Assembly: GCA_903832855.1 (NCBI GenBank)
Contig: CAILDB010000003.1
Location: 15,398-79,397 of the forward strand
Direction of reading: 5' to 3'
DNA length: 64,000 nt
From: an uncultured bacterium
Lineage (GTDB): Bacteria; Patescibacteriota; Minisyncoccia; Phycocordibacterales; GWA1-40-21
Position numbers and translations under genes: made by a program. Below, piece after piece: positions 19,496 through 28,715 of the stretch; position 1 is the first letter of the stretch; each line of letters begins with the position of its first letter. Below the pieces are notes generated by a model, which saw only the letters and a list, made by a program, of their open reading frames with translations, was not told the origin of the DNA and made no database searches.

Positions 19496-21211
19496 CTACC
19501 TATCAGGTGCTATCTCATAATAATTTATTAAAAACTTTGCTGTGTCAATAAATGGCATCGTCAAAGTCTGAGAAGCATAATTTACATTTTTCGGCTCAAC
19601 TGTATAAAGTAAGACCAAAAATCTAGGATTGTAGGCAGGAAAATATCCAAAAAATGAGTGCAAATATCTATCAGGATAATATCCTCCACCTTCCGCTCCT
19701 GGCCTTGCTATCTGCGCTGTCCCCGTCTTTGCAGCAATACTGTAGCGATCCATTTTCACAGCTCCATTCAAAAGTGCCTTGTCCACGACTTCCACAAGCA
19801 TTCTGGTTATTTCATCTGCGGATGATTTCTTGATTACCTGCTGTGCTTCATTTACATATGAAATATTTTTTGCAGGAGCAAGTTCATAATTTATTTTTTT
19901 AACAACATGAGGAGTAATAAGTTTTCCACCATTTGCCAAAACTGAAAGTGCTCTTGCTGTAATTATCGGCGTCATAGAAATTCCCTGACCGAAGGATGCA
20001 TTATAAAATTCTACAGTAGTTTTTACTTTTAGATTTTCTATACTCCCCGCTGCTTCACTTGGCAAATCAATTCCCGTTTCCATTCCAATTCCAAATTTTT
20101 TGAAATATTCTGTAAATTTTTCATTACCCATCTGACTTTCTACAAATGAAGCTCCTGTATTTAATGAATTATTAAGAACTATTTGCATATTCACAACTCC
20201 TCTTCCCGCCCCATCATAATTTGAAACTTTATATCCATCAACCATAAGAAATCCCTTGTCATTATAAGTTGTTTTGGCTGTCACTACACCAGAATCAATT
20301 CCAGAAGCCATTGTGATTGCTTTTATAATAGAACCCATTTCATAGGCGTTACTCACCAAAGGGTTTCCCAAAACAGAAAAATCCGTAACACTTCCGTAAT
20401 CATTTGGATTAAAAGTAGGCGTCGTTGCCATCGCATAAATTTCTCCTGTTTTTGGATCAAGAATTACCCCACCTGTCGTTTTTGAACTCCATGTCTTACT
20501 CACCTCGGCGATTTTTGACTCAAGAAAGCTCTGAACTTCTGGTTCTATGGAAGTCACGATATCACCTTTCTTAGAATCAAATAAATTATTTTTAATATTT
20601 AAAAATATTTCAGCATAAGGGTTCACATACATTTTTGTGTCAGACCTTTCAAGCGTATCATTATAATATTTTTCAAGTCCGTATCTGCCTTCAAGCAAAT
20701 CGCCATTATATCCCACAAAGCCAACTACATTGGATGCTAGCTGTCCACCAGGATAAAACCTAGCCTTATCTGTTCCGATGAAAACACCAGGGATTTTCAT
20801 ATCAGCTATTGCCAGAGCGGACTTTTCCGGAACCTTTTTCATTATTTCTTCATACGGGTCGTTTACTTTCGTAGCTTTTTGTAAAAATGTTGTCTTATCA
20901 ATTTCTAGTATTGATGATATTTTTGTAAAGACTTCATCAGGATTTTTCATTAAAGATGGGTTGACAGATAGAGTGTATTCATTTTTCAAAGCTGCAGCAG
21001 AAATAACTGATCCATCTTTTGATGTAAAGAAAATAGTTCCTCTATCAAAAACACCATTTACATTTATTGTTTGTTTTTTTTCGGAAATAATATTAAATTC
21101 CTCCCCTTTTACTACCTGCAGAAAATATAATCTGACAAATAAAATAAAAGCAATAAGAATAACAAAACCAAATATAATTCTAACCCTAAAAACAAAGTGA
21201 CTAGATTTCAT
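19496..21211 (-). CDS. ftsI: Class B penicillin-binding protein (FtsI/PBP3)
   Basis: SIIK, SLN, KTGTAQ; downstream of mraZ-rsmH-ftsL-like. Confidence 0.9.
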   Translation of the reverse strand: MKSSHFVFRVRIIFGFVILIAFILFVRLYFLQVVKGEEFNIISEKKQTINVNGVFDRGTIFFTSKDGSVISAAALKNEYTLSVNPSLMKNPDEVFTKISSILEIDKTTFLQKATKVNDPYEEIMKKVPEKSALAIADMKIPGVFIGTDKARFYPGGQLASNVVGFVGYNGDLLEGRYGLEKYYNDTLERSDTKMYVNPYAEIFLNIKNNLFDSKKGDIVTSIEPEVQSFLESKIAEVSKTWSSKTTGGVILDPKTGEIYAMATTPTFNPNDYGSVTDFSVLGNPLVSNAYEMGSIIKAITMASGIDSGVVTAKTTYNDKGFLMVDGYKVSNYDGAGRGVVNMQIVLNNSLNTGASFVESQMGNEKFTEYFKKFGIGMETGIDLPSEAAGSIENLKVKTTVEFYNASFGQGISMTPIITARALSVLANGGKLITPHVVKKINYELAPAKNISYVNEAQQVIKKSSADEITRMLVEVVDKALLNGAVKMDRYSIAAKTGTAQIARPGAEGGGYYPDRYLHSFFGYFPAYNPRFLVLLYTVEPKNVNYASQTLTMPFIDTAKFLINYYEIAPDR

Positions 21212-21527
21212 TTGTATTCAAAGATAATGATTCACTATTACCTGCCTTTGATACAAAGATTTGTTTTGAATTGTCAATAAAGCCGTCGCCCTTGGCTGTT
21301 TCTAGTGTTATTGCATTTTTTGCCTGTAAATATTGATATTCTAGGCCATTTACCTCCAAAGTAAGAGATGCTGACTTATTTGCGAGCACGGTGTTTTCCC
21401 TGATACTCACTGTAATTTGAATAATTGAAAAGAAATATGATGCGACTAAAAGTCCACAAGAAACTGCCAAAATCCAAAAGATTTTTTTGCTCGGATTATT
21501 TATTTGTTCTTGTATTGCTTTAGTCAT
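21201..21527 (-). CDS. FtsL-like bitopic coiled-coil protein
   Basis: TM plus coiled coil between rsmH and ftsI (syntenic inference). Confidence 0.6.
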   Translation of the reverse strand: MTKAIQEQINNPSKKIFWILAVSCGLLVASYFFSIIQITVSIRENTVLANKSASLTLEVNGLEYQYLQAKNAITLETAKGDGFIDNSKQIFVSKAGNSESLSLNTNEI

Positions 21528-22413
21528 TTTTTTTAAATATTCGCAGTTTAGCGCTTCTTGATCTTGGATTTTCCCTTAATTCATTTTCACTTGCCGTGAT
21601 TGGTTTTTTATTTATCGGTTTTCCTAAACCTTTTTCCTTCCATTCTCTAAAAGTATCTTTTACTATTCTATCTTCCGTACTATGAAATGAAATTATTGCT
21701 ATTCTTCCGCTGGGTGCTAGAAGGTCAATACTCTTTCTCAAACCTTCTTTCAGCGCCTCCACTTCATCATTTACCGCCATTCTGATTGCCTGAAATGTCT
21801 TTGTGGCGAAGTGTATTTTCCCTTTTTCGTAAGACACAGGAACTGCACTTTTAATTATCGCTACAAGCTCATCTGTCATTTCTATCGGTTTCTTTTCTCT
21901 TGCTTCAATTATTTTTCTTGCAATTCTTCTTGAATATTTTTCGTCAGAATATCCGTAAAATATATCTGCGAGTGTCTCCTCTCCCCAAGAATTTAAAATC
22001 ATCTTGGCTGTAATCTGATCTTCTCCGGCAGTGTTTGAGAATGTCATCAGAAGTGGTTCATTGTTTTTGAAAGTGAAACCTCTTCCCGATAAATCCAACT
22101 GGTCGGAACTAAGTCCGAGATCCAGAATTATTCCATTTACATTTTTCACACCTACCTTTTCGAGCACAGAATCAATTTTTCTGTAATCGGAGAGAAAAGC
22201 CTGAAAATCACAACCATCTTTACAAATTTTTGTCGTCGCTCTGTTTATTGCTTCACTATCTCTGTCTGTCGCAATTATTTTTATTTTTGAACCAAACCTT
22301 TTAAAAATTTCTTCGCTATGTCCCCCCGCACCGAGTGTCCCGTCAAAGACCACATTATTTGGCTTCAAATCAAGTCCGTTTATTGTCTCATCCAGTAAAA
22401 CCGCTTTGTGCAT
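21520..22413 (-). CDS. rsmH: 16S rRNA m4C1402 methyltransferase
   Basis: DGTLGAGGHS, DLGLSSDQ, FQAIRMAVN, ISFHSTEDR, NPRSRSAKLR. Confidence 0.97.
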   Translation of the reverse strand: MHKAVLLDETINGLDLKPNNVVFDGTLGAGGHSEEIFKRFGSKIKIIATDRDSEAINRATTKICKDGCDFQAFLSDYRKIDSVLEKVGVKNVNGIILDLGLSSDQLDLSGRGFTFKNNEPLLMTFSNTAGEDQITAKMILNSWGEETLADIFYGYSDEKYSRRIARKIIEAREKKPIEMTDELVAIIKSAVPVSYEKGKIHFATKTFQAIRMAVNDEVEALKEGLRKSIDLLAPSGRIAIISFHSTEDRIVKDTFREWKEKGLGKPINKKPITASENELRENPRSRSAKLRIFKKND

Positions 22414-22416
22414 ATT

Positions 22417-22851
22417 TTATAGTGCTCCTGCTTGACCAAGCTTTTCTGCAAGCTGATCTGCTTCTCTTGCGACCTTTTCTTTAACGCCACGCCATACTTC
22501 TTCGTTCCAAATTTCAACTCTGTCCTGAACTCCAACAACTGCAACTTTATTTAAAAGATTTGCTCTCTTGATTAAAAAATCCGGAAGTAACATTCTGCCG
22601 ATTGCGTCCACTTCAGCTTCCACCGCACCTCCAAACATATATCTATTGAAACTTCTATTGTCTGTTTGAAGCATTGAAGACTCTGAAAGTTTTCCTGAAA
22701 TATTTTTCCATTGAGAAAGTGTAAAGACAAAAAGACATCCATCAAGTCCAGGAGTGACGACAATTTTTTTGCCCAATTCTTTTCTAAATTTCACCGGAAG
22801 TGAAATTCTTTTTTTGTCATCTAGCGTATGTGTGTATTCTCCAATTAACAT
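22417..22851 (-). CDS. mraZ: Division/cell-wall cluster regulator MraZ
   Basis: GEYTHTLDDKKRISLP, DAIGRMLLP, GVQDRVEIW. Confidence 0.97.
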   Translation of the reverse strand: MLIGEYTHTLDDKKRISLPVKFRKELGKKIVVTPGLDGCLFVFTLSQWKNISGKLSESSMLQTDNRSFNRYMFGGAVEAEVDAIGRMLLPDFLIKRANLLNKVAVVGVQDRVEIWNEEVWRGVKEKVAREADQLAEKLGQAGAL

Positions 22852-22878
22852 ATTAGTTTTTGTGAGATTTTTAATTTA

Positions 22879-22946
22879 CCACTTCATCCCACTTCTTATA
22901 CATTTTATAACACTTCATCCCACAGTGCAACACAAAGTTATCCACA
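22879..22946 (-). promoter_or_regulatory. MraZ boxes (GTGG-type repeats at 10-bp period) and a perfect DnaA box
   Basis: CCAC/CCCAC/AACAC/CCCAC at 22879, 22888, 22909, 22919; TTATCCACA at 22938-22946. Confidence 0.7.
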
Positions 22947-23065
22947 GGGTACCTTGCCCTGTTTTATGTGTCAGATTTGGTGTTATTGACTAAAAAAATA
23001 TTAAGTATAATATACCTATCGGATGTTAAATGACCGTTAATTGACTAAACAAAAAGAGGCGAGAA

Positions 23066-23224
23066 ATGATAGCTAACCCTGTACCTGTTGAAACGATACC
23101 TATGTGGTGGCTTATAGGACGGTGGATCATGTTGATCGTTGTTCTTTTCGCACTAGCAATTGTAGCCTGCTTTATCTACTGCATGCGCAAATTCGAGAAG
23201 GAAAAGGAACAAGGCAAATCATGA
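23066..23224 (+). CDS. Small single-TM protein (52 aa, not in ORF track)
   Basis: MIANPVPVETIPMWWLIGRWIMLIVVLFALAIVACFIYCMRKFEKEKEQGKS; TTGACT promoter 22986, AGAGG SD, terminator 23252-23288. Confidence 0.6.
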   Translation: MIANPVPVETIPMWWLIGRWIMLIVVLFALAIVACFIYCMRKFEKEKEQGKS

Positions 23225-23301
23225 GATGAAATCACAATCAAACAAGACAGTAGTCCTCGTTCGGAATTTCCGAGCGAGGGCTTTTTTTATCAAGATACGG
23301 A

Positions 23302-23482
23302 TGACACAAAATTAAGAGACTGAAAATTTTGTTAGGGGTGGCGATCCTGTTCCTTTTGAACTGACTTGGGAGGCTGACTGAGCCGAGCACGAGGAATTTT
23401 TTAGCAAAAAAATATCCGTGCAGTTCAAAAGGAATAGGTCGACAGGACCCCGTGAAATTTTCAGTCTTTTAATTTTGTGTCA
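23302..23482 (+). repeat. Nested palindromic repeat copy C (overlaps lysS stop)
   Basis: Outer IR TGACACAAAATTAAGAGACTGAAAATTT; near-identical core to copy D. Confidence 0.88.
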
Positions 23483-24943
23483 ATTTTTAGGAGGTCTAAG
23501 AAGTGGAAAAATCTGACATTCTTTTGCTGGTTTGTTCATCAAGAAACTAAACAATCTTTCAGAAAGCCCGAAGCCACAAGTTGGTGGCATTCCATATTCC
23601 ATTGCTTCCACAAATTCCCCATCCGTCATCTGCGCCTCCTCATCACCCTCTTCTAAAAGTTTTGCCTGTTCCATAAATCTATCCATCTGATCTATCGGAT
23701 CATTAAGCTCACTAAATCCCTTACCCATTTCAGAACCAGCAAGAATCACCTGAAATCTTTCTACTAAATTTGTATCCTTTTCCATTCTCTTTGCAAGTGG
23801 TTCCATCATCACAGGAACATTTATAAGAAATCCCGGACCTGCGATTTGCTTTCTGCAATATTTCCACAAATTATCTACTGCTCTATTCAAATTAAAACCT
23901 TTTTTATTATCATACTCCACTTTCAATTCCCTAAGTTTTTTTTCAATTTCAGGAAGTTTTGCAGAAGTAACATCCACATCGGTCATTTTTTTAATTATTT
24001 CTACATAATCATAAATTTCCCATTCTTTTTCAAAATCAATTTCAAAATCTTTTATTTTAAACTTCATCGTGCCAAATGTTTCCATCGCAACTCTTCTGTA
24101 AAGTTCTTTTATCAATTCCATTCCCTGATTGTAGTCCGCATACGCCCAGTAAAATTCCATCATTGAATAATCCTGCAAATGTTCGGCATCCATTCCTTCG
24201 TTTCGAAAATTTCTACCAATTTCAAAAACTTTTGGAAAACCAGCAATCATAAGACGCTTGAGCCAAAGCTCAGGAGAAATTCTCAAATAAATATCTAGGT
24301 CAAGTGCATTATGATGTGTGATAAAAGGTCTCGCCTCTGCACCTCCCGGAACAGATTCTAAAATAGGCGTCTCAACTTCCATAAAACTTTTTTCTACCAG
24401 AAAACTTCTGATAGACGCCCAGAATTTTTCTCTTTTTATTATAATCTCTTTTACATCCTCATTAAAAAGAATATCTAAATATCTTTTGCGGAGTTTTTCT
24501 TCTTCATCTTGAAGCCCGTGCCATTTTTCAGGAAGTGGTCGCAAACTTTTTGAAAGCATTTTCCAAGAAGTTACCTGCAATGTTTTCTCGCCTCTTTTGG
24601 TAGTAAAAAGTGTTCCTCCAACCTCTATAAAATCGCCAATATCAATGACTTTTTGGAAAAAATCAAATGTTTCAGCTCCTATATCATCTTTCTTGATAAG
24701 CCCTTGAAACTTGGCCGTGCCATCGTAAATATTAAAAAATACCAAAGCTCCCTGCTCGCGAAGTGACATTAGTCTCCCGGTAAGATGAATATCTTTATTT
24801 TCTAAAAGTGAATCGTATTTTTCTATAACCTCGTTCAATGAAAAATCCCTTCTGGATGATGATGGGTAAGGATTTACTCCAGCATCTCTTAAGATTTTTA
24901 ATTTCTCTATTCTATTATTTCTTATTTCTACTAATGAACTCAT
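23480..24943 (-). CDS. lysS: Lysine--tRNA ligase (class II)
   Basis: LRPLPEKWHGL, GGAEARPFITHHN, FRNEGMD, YGMPPTCGFG. Confidence 0.98.
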   Translation of the reverse strand: MSSLVEIRNNRIEKLKILRDAGVNPYPSSSRRDFSLNEVIEKYDSLLENKDIHLTGRLMSLREQGALVFFNIYDGTAKFQGLIKKDDIGAETFDFFQKVIDIGDFIEVGGTLFTTKRGEKTLQVTSWKMLSKSLRPLPEKWHGLQDEEEKLRKRYLDILFNEDVKEIIIKREKFWASIRSFLVEKSFMEVETPILESVPGGAEARPFITHHNALDLDIYLRISPELWLKRLMIAGFPKVFEIGRNFRNEGMDAEHLQDYSMMEFYWAYADYNQGMELIKELYRRVAMETFGTMKFKIKDFEIDFEKEWEIYDYVEIIKKMTDVDVTSAKLPEIEKKLRELKVEYDNKKGFNLNRAVDNLWKYCRKQIAGPGFLINVPVMMEPLAKRMEKDTNLVERFQVILAGSEMGKGFSELNDPIDQMDRFMEQAKLLEEGDEEAQMTDGEFVEAMEYGMPPTCGFGLSERLFSFLMNKPAKECQIFPLLRPPKN

Positions 24944-24952
24944 TTTTGTGGA

Positions 24953-25423
24953 TTATTTGATATCCATAATTTTATATTCCATCATACCAGATGGGCAAGT
25001 ATATTTAAAAGAATCGTGTTTGTTTTTCCCGAGGATTGCAGCGCCAAGTGGTGACCTGTTTGAAATTTTCCCTTTTGCCATATCGGCTTCTTCCGAGCCA
25101 ACTATTTGAAAAACCTTTTTTGTTCCGCATCCAGCTTTTTCCAAAGTCACAGTGCTACCTATCATCACATGATCACCGTGTCTGTCTTCAAAAACCGATG
25201 CATTTTTCAAAATTATTTCAAGTTTTGAAATCCTATCCTCAGTATTTGCCTGATTTTCTCTAGCTTCATGATATTCGGCGTTTTCGGACAGGTCGCCAAG
25301 ACCCCTAGCATAATCCAAACTCTCCGCGACCTCCTTTCTCTTATTCGTCTTTAAATCCTTCAGCTCCTCCACGAGTGCATCATACTTCTCCTTTGTTAAA
25401 TATTCTCTTTTTTCATCAGGCAT
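24953..25423 (-). CDS. greA: Transcription elongation factor GreA
   Basis: GDLSENAEYHEA, ISNRSPLGAAILG. Confidence 0.96.
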   Translation of the reverse strand: MPDEKREYLTKEKYDALVEELKDLKTNKRKEVAESLDYARGLGDLSENAEYHEARENQANTEDRISKLEIILKNASVFEDRHGDHVMIGSTVTLEKAGCGTKKVFQIVGSEEADMAKGKISNRSPLGAAILGKNKHDSFKYTCPSGMMEYKIMDIK

Positions 25424-25554
25424 AATATTATTGGTTAATTATTAAAGTGCCACCATTCTACCAAACTATGGGTTGATAGTCAAAATTTTGCATAAAAAAA
25501 ACGACCCGAACCCCATTACAGGATCCAGGTCGTAGATCGTGTTGTCGGCGAGAA

Positions 25555-25698
25555 TTACTTCGCCTGCCAGCAGATCGTTCCCGAGTTCTTCATACAGAAT
25601 TCTGTCATCTTGTAGCTCTGAGGGTCTGAAACCAAGTGCCACACGATGACTGTGAGAAGAATCGCAGAAACCGACATACAAATAATCAACCTTTTCAT
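25555..25698 (-). CDS. Small secreted/membrane peptide (47 aa, not in ORF track)
   Basis: MKRLIICMSVSAILLTVIVWHLVSDPQSYKMTEFCMKNSGTICWQAK; TTGACA(25747)-17-TATACT, AGGAGG SD, terminator ~25494-25533. Confidence 0.65.
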   Translation of the reverse strand: MKRLIICMSVSAILLTVIVWHLVSDPQSYKMTEFCMKNSGTICWQAK

Positions 25699-25804
25699 CT
25701 TCAATCCTCCTAACTACTAGTATACACCCTTTCGTATCTTTTGTCAAGCATTTTTACATTTTCTTTTTATAAGTCCAAAAATAGCTTGCAAAATAAGGCT
25801 TTTT

Positions 25805-25952
25805 GCCAAAAATTTTGTTAGGGGTGGCGATCCTGTTCCTTTTGAACTGACTTGGGAGCGCGACTGGCGCGAGCACGAGGAATTTTTTAGCAAAAAAATA
25901 TCCGTGCAGTTCAAAAGGAATAGGTCGACAGGACCCCGTGAAATTTTTCGGC
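25805..25952 (+). repeat. Nested palindromic repeat copy D
   Basis: Nearly identical to 23322-23462. Confidence 0.88.
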
Positions 25953-25960
25953 TGAAAATA

Positions 25961-27646
25961 TTATTTAAAATACTCCGGTGTATTTGTTCCCATCCAATCA
26001 AGAAGTCCACGCATTATATACACACCTCCCATAGTATTTGTGACTGGACCTTTTTCCATTATCACAGCAAAAGCGTATTTTGGATTGTCATAAGGGAAAA
26101 AACCGGTGACCCAGGAATTTACAAATTGTTTGTAAACACCAAGCTCGGCAGTTCCTGTCTTTGCAGCGACTTTTACATCAGGAGTATTGAGCCCGACGGC
26201 TACCCCATCCGTCACACCAAGTCGCATTCCCTCTTTTACAACTTTATAATAACCTGAATCAAAATTTAATTTTTCTGATTTTGAAATCTGTGTTGTATCA
26301 CCGAGAAGAATTGTCGGTGCAAGAAGTGTGCCTTCGTTTGCAATACTTGCTACAGCTCTCACTGCCTGAATAGGACTAACCTGAAAACCGTATTGCCCGA
26401 TGGATGTATGATATGTGTCACCAATCCTCCAATCTTCCCCATTAAAATTCGCTTTTTTCCATTCGGGAGTTGGAATTGTTCCGGAAACATTATTAAAAAA
26501 GTCACCGGGAACATCTCGTCCAAAACCAAACATTGTCATATATTTATCTATATTTGCAATTCCTAAACCCTTTTGACCCTCATATCCTCCACCAACTTCA
26601 TAAAAATAAACATCAGAAGATACGGCTAGAGCGTGTCGCATATCCACATAACCTTGCGCTTTCCAATCTTTGAAAATTGTAGGATGAGCTGGATCATAGG
26701 GATTTGCGATTGAAATATATGCGGTACCCAAAATATTTGTAAGCGGGTCAATCACTTTTTCACTCTGTGCTGCCATCGCCATATATGGCTTTACGATAGA
26801 ACCCGGAGTATAAAGCCCGCCGGTAACCCTATCCAAAAAAGGTTTGTTTTTATCTTTTAAATATTTATTCACAGCACTACTGTTTCCGTCGGTCATAGAT
26901 TGCGAATCGTATTCAGGATAACTTGCTGATGCAAGAATTTCTCCAGTATGTATGTCCATTATTACACCTGCTCCACCAGAAAATCCGACTTGTCGAGAAA
27001 GTGCGGAAATTAAATTATAAAATTCGCTTTGAACTCTAGAATCAATGGAAAGTTTTAAATCTTTCCCGTCTACCTCTGAGCGTACGACACTTTCTGTCTG
27101 CACTTTACCGAGAGCGTTTATTTCAACTATTCTTACACCGTTTTGCCCAGAAAGTGCCTGATCGTAGACCTTTTCAACGCCATCTTTACCGACAAAAACA
27201 TCACTATAATAGAAACCGTATTTATCTTTTGAGGGATATTTTAAATATCCGACTGTGTGAGCAAGTCCTGAAATGTTTGCATATGTTCTATCCGGAAATT
27301 CTAGATTATTTTTATTTTCTGTATTCCACGCGAGATTAATATCATTCCTATCAGAGATAACTCCTCTTTTTGCAAAAATAAGAGTGTTTCGCATTATATT
27401 ATTTTCGCTTCTTTGAAAATATGCGAGGCCGTTTACGATTTGTAAATTAAAAACACGAAAAAGAAATAGGACAAAAATTATAACAAAAAATATGGATAAA
27501 AAAATAATTGTTCTGACAGATATTGCCTTCTCTATCCTACCCTCAAACTGATGAACATTAAAATTCGGCAGATTACTGGAATCCAAAGAAATCTCATCCG
27601 GATCAATGTCTTTGATCCTATCTTTATAAAAATTGTTTTTTGCCAT
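25961..27646 (-). CDS. mrdA: Penicillin-binding protein 2
   Basis: PGSIVK, SSDVYFY, KTGTAE; in mreBCD operon. Confidence 0.92.
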   Translation of the reverse strand: MAKNNFYKDRIKDIDPDEISLDSSNLPNFNVHQFEGRIEKAISVRTIIFLSIFFVIIFVLFLFRVFNLQIVNGLAYFQRSENNIMRNTLIFAKRGVISDRNDINLAWNTENKNNLEFPDRTYANISGLAHTVGYLKYPSKDKYGFYYSDVFVGKDGVEKVYDQALSGQNGVRIVEINALGKVQTESVVRSEVDGKDLKLSIDSRVQSEFYNLISALSRQVGFSGGAGVIMDIHTGEILASASYPEYDSQSMTDGNSSAVNKYLKDKNKPFLDRVTGGLYTPGSIVKPYMAMAAQSEKVIDPLTNILGTAYISIANPYDPAHPTIFKDWKAQGYVDMRHALAVSSDVYFYEVGGGYEGQKGLGIANIDKYMTMFGFGRDVPGDFFNNVSGTIPTPEWKKANFNGEDWRIGDTYHTSIGQYGFQVSPIQAVRAVASIANEGTLLAPTILLGDTTQISKSEKLNFDSGYYKVVKEGMRLGVTDGVAVGLNTPDVKVAAKTGTAELGVYKQFVNSWVTGFFPYDNPKYAFAVIMEKGPVTNTMGGVYIMRGLLDWMGTNTPEYFK

Positions 27647-27655
27647 TTTTTTGGG

Positions 27656-27913
27656 TTAATAGAATTTTAGCATTTTTTTCAGCCAAAATGAAATGAGAAA
27701 AAAAGCTAGAAAAAATACAAAGAAAAAATGACTAAAGCCAAAAAAATGAATACCATTTCCCCCATAAATTGAATCAAATAGATATCCGAGAATAATAGCT
27801 TCTGCAAAAAAATTAAAATAGAAAACTAAACAAATCGCAAATATAAATGTCAGCCACCATGGCAAAACAAAAAAGGATATAAATAAGGCAATTGAAGCAA
27901 ATACTCTTAACAT
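27656..27913 (-). CDS. Small hydrophobic protein in MreD position
   Basis: All-TM 85 aa with GYLFD motif between mreC and mrdA. Confidence 0.55.
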   Translation of the reverse strand: MLRVFASIALFISFFVLPWWLTFIFAICLVFYFNFFAEAIILGYLFDSIYGGNGIHFFGFSHFFFVFFLAFFLISFWLKKMLKFY

Positions 27914-27914
27914 A

Positions 27915-28715
27915 TTATTTTTTCTTCCCTACAATTTCAACAAAACTTAATTCCTGAATATTTACAGGACTCTTAAAAAGCACTGACTGAAAAGAATCTG
28001 TGGATTTTGATTCAACTTTTTCTACAATTCCAAAAATATTTGAACTAATAGAAGGTATGACAATACTATCGCCTTCTTTTATTCCAATCTCTTTCGGAAC
28101 CTGAACTGTAAAATTTCCATCACCCACACCCATAGCTTCCTGTGTCACATTGTTAGGACCAATCAAAACACTTATTTTTTCTCCGGGACTTGAATAAAGT
28201 TTAATTTTTGATGAGTAATCATAGACCTCTACCACCTCGCCGATAAATACAGAAACATCTGCCATCACTTTTTCTCCAACAAAAATACCATCATTTTTAC
28301 CAGCATCTACAATAATAATGTCATAAGGAGAAATTCCTGGCTTTACTAAAATAGAAGCTATCGTTAGATTTTCTGATTGTTTTTTCCTGTTAAAAAAATC
28401 CTTTAGTGTTTCATTTTCCTTTTTTACTAAATCAAAAAACAAGAGGTCCTTACTTGCATTTTCTATTTGCAGAGATAATTTTTTATTTTCTTCAATCAAG
28501 GATTTCTTTGACCTGAATGTTTCTATATTGCTATTCCATATTGTCACGACTGAATTAGAAAATTTCCAAAGTGGAGTCCCTATTTTTAATAAGATATTTT
28601 GAGAAAAATTAGCAGAAAGTAACCATATAAATAAAGCAACAAGAATCAGAATAGCAATTATCTTCAGAAGATTTCTTTGCGGTTTTTTTTCTCTACTTTT
28701 TACGAGGTAATTCAT
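27915..28715 (-). CDS. mreC: Rod shape-determining protein MreC
   Basis: TM, coiled coil ENKKL/ENETLK, IIVDAGKNDGI, G-V-EV, follows mreB. Confidence 0.92.
   Translation of the reverse strand: MNYLVKSREKKPQRNLLKIIAILILVALFIWLLSANFSQNILLKIGTPLWKFSNSVVTIWNSNIETFRSKKSLIEENKKLSLQIENASKDLLFFDLVKKENETLKDFFNRKKQSENLTIASILVKPGISPYDIIIVDAGKNDGIFVGEKVMADVSVFIGEVVEVYDYSSKIKLYSSPGEKISVLIGPNNVTQEAMGVGDGNFTVQVPKEIGIKEGDSIVIPSISSNIFGIVEKVESKSTDSFQSVLFKSPVNIQELSFVEIVGKKK

Noticed and set aside
8872-22946. oriC inferred from TTATCCACA matches (~8872, 15892, 22938)
   Set aside because: Isolated boxes, two inside CDSs, no cluster or dnaA nearby
25466-25747. Tracked 93-aa ORF
   Set aside because: Its TTG start is the -35 box and it runs through a terminator; SD-led 25555-25698 is better supported
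8456-26010. Mutually similar short ORFs at 8456-8641, 8575-8964, 19244-19520, 25744-26010
   Set aside because: Similarity comes from the non-coding palindromic repeat; no start signals
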